This document shows positions 44,301 through 53,419 of a stretch of DNA of 64,000 nt, piece by piece. The stretch's first letter is position 1. Each line of letters begins with the position of its first letter. The notes under the pieces are model-generated. The model ran no database searches. It was not told where the DNA came from and worked only from the letters and a program-made list of their open reading frames with translations. The DNA comes from an uncultured Christensenella sp. (GTDB lineage: Bacteria; Bacillota; Clostridia; Christensenellales; UBA3700), in NCBI GenBank assembly GCA_910583735.1, contig CAJTXS010000005.1:20828-84827 (forward strand), in the 5' to 3' direction. Position numbers and translations under genes: made by a program.

Positions 44301-47193
44301 ATTTGCCTTCCGTCGTATCGGTAGCGGGCACCGCCTTCTTACGGAAATAGACCTCTCCGCTGTTGAAAGTGAAAGAATCCACATCAAGATAATTGCCGTC
44401 GGCGCTGTACGCAAATTGCAACGCCGCGCCGTCTCTGTCGGTCACTACTCCCGTAGACGAATTCCAATTAAGCGAAGGGCGCGCAGGTCTGCGAGGGATA
44501 TTGAGCAATCCCGCGGCAGTCTTGAAGTCGGTAGAAGTCGCCTTCTTATAATACTTGAGTATCCTCGACGACGTATCCGAAGGCTCGAGATTTACTCTCG
44601 TGCCCGAGCCGTTAAATTCGCCCGGAGTATCAAGGAACTCGAACGTGTGCTCGCCTCCCGCAATCTCCATAGTCTTCTCGTTTACGTAATCTATAGTGAA
44701 TACGGGCGCGGCGCTTCTCTTGGGTACAGCCAGCCGAGCGACATTGCTTCGGAACGAGCTGACCGTATGCTTGCGATAATAGTAAATGCTCCAATCGCCT
44801 TCCGACGCGTCGTCGAGATATACCGCAAGCCCTATCGTGACGGGCGACGATGCGATGACGGACGGCTCGGTTTTACCCGCTTCCCACAGATATTCCGCAG
44901 GTATAGTCACAGTCTCCGCCGCATAGTCTACAGTCAATTGTTCCGCCTTGGGTCTCTTAGGTATGGTAAAGAGCGACGAGGGGCTCTGATTGTAGCCTCC
45001 CACTCCCGCGAGCTGGAAGGTAAGCGTGACGTCCGAATCTTCGGATATAAGCGACACGATAGACAAGTCTTGAGGCATGTCGTACCATATACCGCCCACG
45101 CTATATTGCAGACCTACCGACGATACTCCGTCCTGCATTATCAACTTTTCGCCGTCGAAATCTATAGTGAGCTGCGGCGCAGGGCGCGTAACTCTGTTAA
45201 CCTCGTAGACAAACGTATTGTTGGACGGCTGCGAGTAGTTGTTCATACGCCCCGCGTCCGACTTTACGGTCGCCTTAATAGTATTCTTCTTGCACTCTGC
45301 CCAGTCTGTGCCTCCGACCAGTTCTATATCCACGCTGAGTCTGTCGTTGGGCACGTCGTTGTGTAACAGCACGGGCGTAGCGCACGCCAAAATCTGAGCG
45401 GCAAGAGTATCCGAATAGTCATACGTGCTGCTCATCGCCGACCAATCGAAATCGAGAGTTCGTCGCTTAATACCCCATACCACATCAGCCTCTGTACTGC
45501 CGTCCGCCCAAGTATAACCGCCGCCGATAGTGAGCTTGGATGTATAAGTTATATCCGCCTCCGTGGAGACGTCGGTCTTGACGCCGTCGGCTACAGTAAT
45601 AACCGAATAAGTAAAATACGAGGAATTGTTGCCGTAATACTTCTCGGTAAGCACATCCTCGAGATTATGCGCCGAGCCGTCGTATTCGGGCCAATCGCTT
45701 ACGCTTAATTGCGGTATACCGAACTTTACGCTGCTCACTTCTACGGGATAGCTTGCGCTATCGGCTGACTTATTGTCGCTCAGGCGCTCGCTCATTACGT
45801 ATATTTTATCGGTAGACGGATTGTAATCGCCCGGTAAAGTAATAGTCGCGCTGCCGCTCTCTCCCGCGCTGTCCGACACGAGCGCATAATATACAATATT
45901 ATCTACGCCAGCGCCGTCTCTGCGCTTAATAATAGCGGTCACCGCCTCGCCCTGCGCGTCCGCAGACACATTCGCATACTCCAACTTCAGCTTATCGCCC
46001 TCGACTACCGCGGTAGCGGATAAGCCGTCGAGCGCGGAATCGTACATTGTAAGTCTGTACTTGCCGCTGTCGCTGCCTGTAGCGTCGACGAAAGCATCCG
46101 AAGTAAGATTACTCTTAATCGTCGGGTCGGAAATCATCATGATAGACGAGGCATCCATATTGAATACAGGTCTGAGACCTTTGACAGGATAAGAACCGCA
46201 GTGAGGGTCTACCTGACCTTGCGCCGTCACTCTCAATGTGAAATTATAATACGGAGACGCAGGAGCGGAATCTAAAGACACGCCTCGCTCTCTGAGCCAA
46301 TACTCTTGATTGGTGTGAGTACCGTACACACTCGAGCCGCACTTGACTGCATACATTGCCGAACGTGTAGCATTGGCAGGCAGCGAAGCGTTATCGGGGA
46401 TAGTTGCGGCTGCGAAGCCGTACGCCGGATTGACTACGTCCTCGTAGTCCAAGATATACAGATAGTCGTAAGTATACTCTTTCCCCGATGAGTAGCCTAA
46501 AGTATTGTCGGGCGTGCCGTCGGGTTTCACACCGTTCATATACCTGTAAACTCCGTTGGCTGCCGTAGCGGCGCTGTTAAAGACGGAAGTATTATTGGTC
46601 ACGTATACCTTATTATTATCCCCGTTGGTATACTTCTTGGTCTCGTTGAGAGTTAGTTTAACGTAATTCTTTTCGAATTCGGAAAATATATTACCGTACA
46701 GTCCGTCCTTATAAGCGACGCCGTTGCTGTTATGCTTCAAAGATACCGATGTGCCGCCGTTAAGTACCGCTCGGGGACTGCTGTTAGCCCAAAATGAAGC
46801 CTTAAGTCCCTCCGCCTTATCGGTGCCCGTATACGAAGCAACCGACGCCGAGATCATATAATAGCTCATGAGCATCAATTCTCCGCCCGAATTGCTAAGC
46901 ACCAGCCACTCGATGCCGTCGTAAGTATCGGTATATGAAGAATCGCCCAATGCGCCGAAATATACTGACGAGCGTTGAGCGCCGACGAGCTTATCGGTCA
47001 AAAGCGTGGGGTATTGATGTATATCGTAGACAAGACTGCCGCTACCCGTTGCAGTAGGAATCAAATTATCGGAGGCAGATGTTCCCCCCCCCGATATAAT
47101 CGTAGGTTGTACGATAAAGCAAGCCGCAATCACCGCGATTAATACAATTATCGACAGCGCTATTATCGACCTACTTTTGGTAATACTGTTCAT
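41392..47193 (-). CDS. Giant membrane-anchored surface protein (about 1,933 aa) with a cytoplasmic tail ending in a uL15-like domain
   Basis: N-terminal signal anchor, a WxxL...YWLRE module, MBG-like and Ig-like repeats, a TM cluster at aa 1417-1504, and a 436-aa tail. I prefer ATG 47193 (GGAG upstream) over TTG 47214. Confidence 0.85.
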   Translation of the reverse strand: MNSITKSRSIIALSIIVLIAVIAACFIVQPTIISGGGTSASDNLIPTATGSGSLVYDIHQYPTLLTDKLVGAQRSSVYFGALGDSSYTDTYDGIEWLVLSNSGGELMLMSYYMISASVASYTGTDKAEGLKASFWANSSPRAVLNGGTSVSLKHNSNGVAYKDGLYGNIFSEFEKNYVKLTLNETKKYTNGDNNKVYVTNNTSVFNSAATAANGVYRYMNGVKPDGTPDNTLGYSSGKEYTYDYLYILDYEDVVNPAYGFAAATIPDNASLPANATRSAMYAVKCGSSVYGTHTNQEYWLRERGVSLDSAPASPYYNFTLRVTAQGQVDPHCGSYPVKGLRPVFNMDASSIMMISDPTIKSNLTSDAFVDATGSDSGKYRLTMYDSALDGLSATAVVEGDKLKLEYANVSADAQGEAVTAIIKRRDGAGVDNIVYYALVSDSAGESGSATITLPGDYNPSTDKIYVMSERLSDNKSADSASYPVEVSSVKFGIPQLSVSDWPEYDGSAHNLEDVLTEKYYGNNSSYFTYSVITVADGVKTDVSTEADITYTSKLTIGGGYTWADGSTEADVVWGIKRRTLDFDWSAMSSTYDYSDTLAAQILACATPVLLHNDVPNDRLSVDIELVGGTDWAECKKNTIKATVKSDAGRMNNYSQPSNNTFVYEVNRVTRPAPQLTIDFDGEKLIMQDGVSSVGLQYSVGGIWYDMPQDLSIVSLISEDSDVTLTFQLAGVGGYNQSPSSLFTIPKRPKAEQLTVDYAAETVTIPAEYLWEAGKTEPSVIASSPVTIGLAVYLDDASEGDWSIYYYRKHTVSSFRSNVARLAVPKRSAAPVFTIDYVNEKTMEIAGGEHTFEFLDTPGEFNGSGTRVNLEPSDTSSRILKYYKKATSTDFKTAAGLLNIPRRPARPSLNWNSSTGVVTDRDGAALQFAYSADGNYLDVDSFTFNSGEVYFRKKAVPATDTTEGKFASLPTYKNFGVVSTVLTAVWSGPFSYVYNGEVRYPKPKFVREDGGEEPLTDEEVRYYFTSGGFDVNDISAIADAGSYNVRVDVVKAGYELASEDDNKDFTVTPRMLAAPSLSETLIYSGEAYNIVDWIAISGIANPSEIIDAVDDGEITVDADTYYTQLKIKGDKFRNYKWAGQPDTMDVYEFEWSILKQSVMPKWDSVKFLADGQVHYPQVVNVPAGLKVLYEKVESKEVGTYEIRIFIDPTDTDGIKNYKFEGTRVSIKYAILPSLDMTVVSIEWDLPDGGLIYNGSVQYPKATVLDGDGNPIEGIQLAYSGDYLTSKWVGNYNVQVKLPDGYYVLSGAMCEYAIVKDAQGGGELPEVALVVEGEYKKNYNAGDVFDASGITVYVQYSDGSKVPVIDYTFSKSPLEEGATSVRITRGDLYCDIEITVAAKSAGGLADLLSGIPLWQLAVIAISVLISVILIIVSISNSGKAADYKRKARNFKSGGSGYSAMLPLAAASFLGLEGNTWTYIAIGCAALLICSIMAAIITSVKKKRARDEYEQAERVSREDARRLMEEELRHERDEMKIMMLNLAKRDGSYKQSDIVIDPTAEDELVNRMTEKLLPVFQRLLGGLTASAQPTQIGGGTTIPIQQPVGQQAAQPVQYTIVTPVAVQPADVGVKKSGPAPTGASSMYSEYSADDEEYGDDIDDMWEMDAEDDETSKERRLPPNFRMKLKLTCDFCRDAYTSIMNAFMSYKGVTYRMSSGVQKIKHSGEVVAVVGVAARHLKVWFALDPLMLDESKYHHRDVSDKERYIQVPTLMRIRSNRALEYTLGLIKILADKYAFQPRRKYSPQDIQELAFTLKHNPLLKPEYKAMLALSVDAKNADKMLGDEVIDSMIERKRVAVAPSHPAVVTVAELDACFHDGQQVNLETVIKRGIVSDDCDGFTVKHEGELTKPLIVKANGFTPCAAKMIVLTGGRAIALKKM

Positions 47194-47440
47194 ATAATCT
47201 CCGCGTCCGAACAAATCTTGTTCTCTTATGTAAAACTGTATAAAAACAATCCGCAGACAGCTAATTTAACAGATATAATTACATTTTAATAATTAATTTT
47301 ATTTATATCAAGTTTTTTCGGCAAAAAATTTGCGAATATAAGCAATTAGTCTCCGATATTACATAATACTATTGCTTGCGCATAGCTTTGTACAAAGATT
47401 AATACCATAGCTTATAATCATCCTACTCGCAATGTATAAT

Positions 47441-47472
47441 GAAAAAAGCGGGCAAATCGCGCTTGCCCGCTT
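47441..47472 (-). terminator. Intrinsic terminator after the M28 peptidase gene
   Basis: AAGCGGGCAA-atcgcgc-TTGCCCGCTT, followed by UUUUU on the minus strand. Confidence 0.8.
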
Positions 47473-47492
47473 ATATACTCGATTATCTCGGC

Positions 47493-48788
47493 TTACTTCT
47501 CGCCGCCGAGCGACGCGTGATATGCGTCTATCTTGGGTATCATGTTGATTGCGGTTAAGAAACCTTTCTCTAACGAGTACATGCTCAAGCCCTCTACTGT
47601 ATCCTTGCATGTGTGATAGTAATCGGTAAGAGTGGGTTTCTGCGCGCACAGAGTAACCGTCTTGACGCCCGCGCGGCAGAATGGAGTGGAGTCGCAACCG
47701 CCTACGGGATTAAGCATCTCCCCGGGGCAAGTGTCCGTCGCGTCGCTGCCGAGAGCCTCGCGCATAGCCTCCTTGGTAATATCCACCAATCCCCTATCGA
47801 AGCGAGACATGAGCCACGCATCGCCCTTGACAGCGCTGAAATACTTGTCGTCGCGGAAAGAGTCGAGGTTGATGACATACAGATTGTCGAGCATGCCGTC
47901 GTCCCTGTGCTTATCTACGAAAGCGGACGCGCCCTTAAGGCTCGCCTCCTCCGCGCCGAGACCCGCAACGATTACGCGGCAGCCGTCGGGGTGAGCCGAG
48001 GGATTTTCCTTAAGATACTTGACCGTAGCGAGCGCAATGCCTATACCTGACAGATTGTCCATGGCTCCGGGAGACGCCTTGGTCTTGTCCCAAGTGAGAT
48101 ACTCGGACAGCCAATAGCTGCCGGGGACGGTAATTACAGGCAGACAGTACAGCACTATCATGAATATTTCCCTGCCGCCGAGAGCGGGAAGCGAAGCGAG
48201 ATACGCTATTGTCTTGAACGAGTACGCGCCGAGCGCAATCGCCACAGACGATATAATCATCATAACGAAGAATCCTACTACTCCGATAACTATCTTGGGG
48301 ATAGCGGTAGCGGGGTTCTTGAGCGAAAGATTCCAGTTCCAGCAAGAATCCACATGTCCCGAGAACATTAACGTATACTTGACCGGCTGTCCGTCCTTAG
48401 GCGGCAATATTGAATATACATTCTGCGATTCCGATTTAGGGAAAAGGAAGTCGAACCAACCCTTGTATGTAAATATCTGCACTACTGCGAATATCAGGCA
48501 CAGCGCCGACGCCACGAGCGTAGCGATAGGCGAAAGATAGAATAACGCAAAGGATATCAGTCCGCATATGCCGAGCACGGGGATTGCGCCTATTGACGCT
48601 CTGTCATGCAGAGTAAATCTCTCCGTAACGGACGGCGTGCCGGTAATCTCCTGCGCTCTCTCGCCGATTATCTCCGCCCCCCTTCTCTCCTCGGGTGTTC
48701 CGGGCAGACGCGGTCCTGTCTCGTCAATTACATCTTTAATGAAGTCATAGACGAACTTTCCTGATTGCTTGACTTGTTCTTCCTCCAT
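47493..48788 (-). CDS. M28-family metallopeptidase with membrane-spanning insertions
   Basis: Motifs SGHVDS, PGAMDNLSGI, GAEEASLKGA and YHTCKDT. Several hydrophobic helices lie between the first two motifs. Confidence 0.7.
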   Translation of the reverse strand: MEEEQVKQSGKFVYDFIKDVIDETGPRLPGTPEERRGAEIIGERAQEITGTPSVTERFTLHDRASIGAIPVLGICGLISFALFYLSPIATLVASALCLIFAVVQIFTYKGWFDFLFPKSESQNVYSILPPKDGQPVKYTLMFSGHVDSCWNWNLSLKNPATAIPKIVIGVVGFFVMMIISSVAIALGAYSFKTIAYLASLPALGGREIFMIVLYCLPVITVPGSYWLSEYLTWDKTKASPGAMDNLSGIGIALATVKYLKENPSAHPDGCRVIVAGLGAEEASLKGASAFVDKHRDDGMLDNLYVINLDSFRDDKYFSAVKGDAWLMSRFDRGLVDITKEAMREALGSDATDTCPGEMLNPVGGCDSTPFCRAGVKTVTLCAQKPTLTDYYHTCKDTVEGLSMYSLEKGFLTAINMIPKIDAYHASLGGEK

Positions 48789-49156
48789 AATTTACCTCCG
48801 TGGACACCGATAATGCGGTTCCTATCGCCGCATCGACGTCCGATTAAGACAATTGCGGCGCAATGTCTGTATCAATTATATCACAATGCCATCGGATAGT
48901 ACATTAACGAAAGCGGTCAAGTTTATATATTTTTTTCATTTCGTCCATATTCTGCCGATTAATTATCAAGATATATCGCATAGCGATTGCCATATGCAGG
49001 CAATGTCGCGCTTTGACGAATTTCGTCGCGCTAAGCAAACGGACAAGGCAAGGCTTAAGCTGCGCCGCAACGGGTAGTTATAGGTTAAGCGCATTATAAT
49101 ATATATCCTTATATATAGCGATTGAGATATATGCCGCTTAAAGTCGCTGCGCGGCA

Positions 49157-49188
49157 TAAAAATATCCGAAGCGCCATGCTTCGGATAT
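49157..49188 (-). terminator. Intrinsic terminator after gpmI
   Basis: ATATCCGAAGC-gccat-GCTTCGGATAT, followed by UUUUUAU on the minus strand. Confidence 0.8.
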
Positions 49189-49216
49189 CTCTTAATATTG
49201 CCGTACAGATTAACTC

Positions 49217-50764
49217 TTACTTTGCGAACTTGCGCCTTATCAGCGTATGACCCGTCATCTCTGCGGGCTTAGGCAATCCCATCATATCGAGCATAGTGGG
49301 CGCGATATCGCACAGCTTGCCGTTGTTCTCGAGGAAGCAAATGCTGTCGTCGCCGACCGCGATAAGGGGCACGGGATTGGTCGTATGCGCGGTAAAAGGC
49401 GTGCCGTCCGGCTCGTACATATAGTCGCAATTACCGTGATCTGCCGTAATGAGCGCCTTGCCGCCCACGGAGAGTATGGCGTCTACGACCTTCTGCACGC
49501 ACTCGTCGATGACCTTAACCGCTTTTACGGCGGCGTCCATTACGCCCGTATGTCCGACCATGTCTCCGTTGGCGAAGTTGAGTATCATAACATCGTACTT
49601 ACCCGACTTAATCTCTTCCACAGCTCTCTCCGTCACTTCGTAAGCCGACATCTCGGGCTTAAGGTCGAAAGTAGCTATCTTAGGGGAGTCTATCAGTATC
49701 CTCTCCTCGCCCTCGTTAGGCGCCTCTACACCGCCGTTGAAGAAGAATGTTACGTGAGCATACTTCTGCGTCTCTGCGATTCTGAACTGCTTGATGCCGC
49801 ACTTGGACAGATACTCGCCGAGCGTATTGGTATATGACTCGGGACGGTACGCCACATCGAGGCTGCCGTTAAACGTGACATCGTACTGCGTAAAGGATAC
49901 ATAGCAAGGCTTAAGGAAACCCTTTGCTCTCTCGAACTTATCAAAGTCGGGATATATAAACGACCTGGTAATCTGGCGAGCTCTGTCGGGACGGAAATTA
50001 AAGAAGATTATGCTGTCGCCCTCTTCCACTTCCGCTACTGGTCTGCCGCCGTCGCATATTACGGTAGGCAATACGAACTCGTCCGTGACGCCCGCGGCAT
50101 AGCTGTCCGCCATAGCCTCGACAGGGTCGCTCGCCTTGACGCCCTCGCCGTCAACGATAGCTTTGTAAGCCTTCTCCACTCTATCCCAGATATTGTCTCT
50201 GTCCATAGCGTAGAACCTGCCCGATACGGTGGCTATCCTGCCGAAGCCCTGTTTATCGAGCTCCGCCTGCAACTGCTCTATGAAGCCTTTGCCGCTCTCG
50301 GGAGGGACGTCCCTTCCGTCCATAAAGCAATGTATATATATGTTGTCCAGTCCCAGCTGCTTAGCCATCTTGACCAAAGCATAGAGATGGGTGCTGTGCG
50401 AGTGCACGCCGCCGTCGGACACCAGTCCCATTACATGCAGCTTCTTGCCGCTTGCCTTGGCGCTGTTCATCGCCTTAAGCAGTGCGGGATTAGAGAAGAA
50501 ATCTCCGTCTTGTATAGACTTGGTGATGCGGGTAAGCTCTTGATAGATTATCCTGCCCGCGCCGATGTTGAGATGTCCCACCTCGCTGTTTCCCATCTGT
50601 CCGTCGGGCAAGCCTACCGCAAGCCCGCTCGCATTGAGCAGCGTTGCGGGATTGTCAGAAAACAGCTTGATGACGTTGGGCGCAGTCTCGGGAGATATCG
50701 CATTGAAAGGAGCGAACTTATTCACTCCGTATCCGTCCATAATTATCAGTCCAGTAAATGCCAT
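49217..50764 (-). CDS. gpmI: 2,3-bisphosphoglycerate-independent phosphoglycerate mutase
   Basis: Motifs GNSEVGHLNIGAGR, SDGGVHSH and ITADHGN. Confidence 0.95.
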   Translation of the reverse strand: MAFTGLIIMDGYGVNKFAPFNAISPETAPNVIKLFSDNPATLLNASGLAVGLPDGQMGNSEVGHLNIGAGRIIYQELTRITKSIQDGDFFSNPALLKAMNSAKASGKKLHVMGLVSDGGVHSHSTHLYALVKMAKQLGLDNIYIHCFMDGRDVPPESGKGFIEQLQAELDKQGFGRIATVSGRFYAMDRDNIWDRVEKAYKAIVDGEGVKASDPVEAMADSYAAGVTDEFVLPTVICDGGRPVAEVEEGDSIIFFNFRPDRARQITRSFIYPDFDKFERAKGFLKPCYVSFTQYDVTFNGSLDVAYRPESYTNTLGEYLSKCGIKQFRIAETQKYAHVTFFFNGGVEAPNEGEERILIDSPKIATFDLKPEMSAYEVTERAVEEIKSGKYDVMILNFANGDMVGHTGVMDAAVKAVKVIDECVQKVVDAILSVGGKALITADHGNCDYMYEPDGTPFTAHTTNPVPLIAVGDDSICFLENNGKLCDIAPTMLDMMGLPKPAEMTGHTLIRRKFAK

Positions 50765-50991
50765 TATGTTACCTCTTATATTCCGTCTGAAATGCGGCTT
50801 ATTAATCTACTGTATTTTAGCATACCGCTTAACTTGTAGTCAATTGCGATAAAGCGCTATATGGTAAAAGACGCACTTACTTTACCCGTCGTGTGGAACT
50901 ATCGCAAATAATAAAGCATATCGCGGGCAACCGCGCCTTAGACATATTATACCGATAGCTCATTAATTGACATCGGCGTCAAAATAATGCG

Positions 50992-51028
50992 ATAAAAATA
51001 AACGGCTGCGCATATCCATGCGCAGCCG
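50992..51028 (-). terminator. Intrinsic terminator after tpiA
   Basis: CGGCTGCGCAT-atcc-ATGCGCAGCCG, followed by UUUAUUUUUAU on the minus strand. Confidence 0.8.
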
Positions 51029-51049
51029 CTCGCTTATATATCGATAAAA

Positions 51050-51799
51050 TCAGTACTTAACTACCTGCGAGAAGTCGACTGCCTTAAGCGACGCGCCGCC
51101 GATAAGTCCGCCGTCTATCTGAGGCATAGCCATGAGCTCGCTCGCATTCTTGGGGTTCATGGAGCCGCCGTACTGGATGCGCACTCTCTCCTCCGCGCAC
51201 TTGGGGCAATAGAGCTTAGCCATGGTGTTGCGGATGATTGCTATGGTATCGTTGGCGTCCTGCGCGGTAGCGGTCTTACCCGTACCGATAGCCCATACGG
51301 GCTCGTAAGCGATGACGATATTGTCCAAGCTATCCTTGTCTATATCCTTGAAAGCCTCCGTGGTCTGTCTCACGAGCACTTCCTCTACCTTGCCGCCCTC
51401 TCTCTCCTCGAGCGTCTCGCCAACGCATACGATGGGCTTAAGTCCCTTGGCAAGCGCGGCCTTCATACGCGCGTTGACGGTCTGATCGGTCTCGCCGAAA
51501 TACTGTCTGCGCTCGCTGTGTCCGATGATTACGTACTCTACGCCCAGCTCTACGAGCATGTCCGCGCTTATCTCACCGGTGAAAGCGCCTTTCTCAGCCC
51601 AGTGCACATTCTCCGCGCCGAGCTTAATGTTGGTGCCCTTAATGACTTCGCCCGCAGCCCATATGGACGTATAGGGTACGCATACCACTACTTCCGCCTC
51701 GGCGTCCTTTACGAGCGGCACGAGGTCGTTAAGCAGAGCGTATGTCTGAGCCTTGGTGTTATTCATCTTCCAGTTGCCTGCAATTATAGGTCTTCTCAT
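51050..51799 (-). CDS. tpiA: Triosephosphate isomerase
   Basis: Motifs IAGNWKMN, IIGHSERR and AYEPVWAIGTG. Confidence 0.95.
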   Translation of the reverse strand: MRRPIIAGNWKMNNTKAQTYALLNDLVPLVKDAEAEVVVCVPYTSIWAAGEVIKGTNIKLGAENVHWAEKGAFTGEISADMLVELGVEYVIIGHSERRQYFGETDQTVNARMKAALAKGLKPIVCVGETLEEREGGKVEEVLVRQTTEAFKDIDKDSLDNIVIAYEPVWAIGTGKTATAQDANDTIAIIRNTMAKLYCPKCAEERVRIQYGGSMNPKNASELMAMPQIDGGLIGGASLKAVDFSQVVKY

Positions 51800-51887
51800 T
51801 ATCAATATCCTCTCTTAATTATTAATGTTGCGCTATTAAAAGCGCGGCTGAGGAGCGAAATGTCGCCCCTAAGCGATTAAGTCGTAA

Positions 51888-53204
51888 TTACTTGTCGTTG
51901 AGGCAAGCGATACCGGGGAGCACCTTGCCCTCGAAGAGCTCGAGCGAAGCTCCGCCGCCCGTGGAGATGTGAGTCATCTTATCCGCAAAGCCGAGCTGCT
52001 TGACAGCCGCAGCGGAATCTCCGCCGCCGATAATGGTAGTAGCGCCTGTAGCTTCGGACATAGCCTTAGCCACAGCTATGGTGCCTGCCGCGAGCGTAGG
52101 ATTCTCGAATACGCCCATAGGTCCGTTCCAAATGACGGTCTTTGCAGACTTAATGACGTCGGCGAACAGCTTAGCCGTCTTGGGACCGATATCAAGACCC
52201 ATCTTATCTGCGGGTATCTTGTCGGAATCCACATACTCTACGCTAATCTGCGCGTCGATAGGGTCGGGGAAAGACGCCGCAATAGCGGTATCTACGGGCA
52301 GATAAATCTTCTTGCCCAACTTATCGGCCTTAGCAAGCATGTCCTTGCAGTAGTCTATCTTGCTGTCGTCCACAAGCGAGGTGCCTACTTCGGCGCCGCG
52401 CGCTGCCATAAAGGTATAAGCCATGCCGCCGCCGATGATGAGGCTGTCGCACTTCTCGAGCAGATTGGAGATAACGTTGAGCTTATCTGCGACCTTAGCT
52501 CCGCCCAGCACCGCCACGAAAGGTCTGACGGGATGCTCAAGCGCGTCTGCCATGACGCTGAGCTCTTTCTCTATAAGGAAGCCGCATACAGCCGTCTTGA
52601 CGAAGCCGTACTCTACGATAGCGGCAGTAGACGCGTGCGAGCGGTGAGCCGTGCCGAAAGCGTCGTTGACATATATATCGCAGAAAGATGCGAGCTTGCG
52701 GCAGAAATCTTCGCCCCTGCCCTCTTCTTCGGAATGGAAGCGAGTGTTCTCGAGCAAGACGCACTCGCCCTCTTTGCACGCCTCTACCTTAGCGCAAGCG
52801 TCCTCGCCTACCACGTCGGCAGCGAACGCGAGCTTGCCGCCGAGCAGTTCGTTAAGTCTTACCGCGACGGGCTTCAAGGTGAACTTGACGGGGTCTTCGG
52901 CAAGAGCCTTGGTCACCGCCTTGGCGGTAGCGGCAGCTCTCTCCGCCTCGGGAAGAGCCTCGATAGCCTTCTTTTCTTTCTTATTAAGTTTAACCTCGCT
53001 GCTGAATATGCTGTGAGGCTTGCCCAAATGCGAACACAAGATGACCTTAGCGCCGTGCTCCATAAGATATCTTACGGTAGGAAGAGCGCCGTTGATACGG
53101 TTCTCGTCCGTGATAACGCCGCCCTTCATGGGGACGTTAAAATCGCACCTTACAAGGCATCTCTTGCCCTTGACGTCTACGTCTTTAATGGATTTCTTAT
53201 TCAT
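51888..53204 (-). CDS. pgk: Phosphoglycerate kinase (with an insertion of about 35-40 aa after the HLGKP motif)
   Basis: Motifs [25 protein letters not shown] and IIGGGDS. Confidence 0.95.
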   Translation of the reverse strand: MNKKSIKDVDVKGKRCLVRCDFNVPMKGGVITDENRINGALPTVRYLMEHGAKVILCSHLGKPHSIFSSEVKLNKKEKKAIEALPEAERAAATAKAVTKALAEDPVKFTLKPVAVRLNELLGGKLAFAADVVGEDACAKVEACKEGECVLLENTRFHSEEEGRGEDFCRKLASFCDIYVNDAFGTAHRSHASTAAIVEYGFVKTAVCGFLIEKELSVMADALEHPVRPFVAVLGGAKVADKLNVISNLLEKCDSLIIGGGMAYTFMAARGAEVGTSLVDDSKIDYCKDMLAKADKLGKKIYLPVDTAIAASFPDPIDAQISVEYVDSDKIPADKMGLDIGPKTAKLFADVIKSAKTVIWNGPMGVFENPTLAAGTIAVAKAMSEATGATTIIGGGDSAAAVKQLGFADKMTHISTGGGASLELFEGKVLPGIACLNDK

Positions 53205-53365
53205 GCTTTAACTCCTTTGCCTTAAATTAGTTATTCAAGCGAAATAATTATACCACTTACGCCGAGCACAAGTAAAGTAAATATACGACTAAGTAGCCTA
53301 TGCGGGCGCGAAAAAACGCTTAAATAAAAATGGTAAAATTTACCTTGCGGCTTTGCCCCATATCT

Positions 53366-53394
53366 TTGACATAATATGACCTCTGTGCTATAAT
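53366..53394 (+). promoter_or_regulatory. Consensus sigma-A promoter of purF
   Basis: TTGACA (53366-53371), exactly 17 nt, then TATAAT (53389-53394). GGGAGG and ATG 53420 follow. Confidence 0.75.
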
Positions 53395-53419
53395 TTCAAT
53401 GTTTTTCGGGAGGCGGAAT

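Noticed and set aside
48853-49157. Small ORFs (74 aa on plus, 63 aa on minus) in the 428-nt gpmI / M28 peptidase spacer
   Set aside because: They have no SD sequence and an unusual composition. They overlap hairpins, including the gpmI terminator region, and a likely extended -10 promoter (TGATATAAT at 48872-48880, minus strand). This is most likely non-coding.
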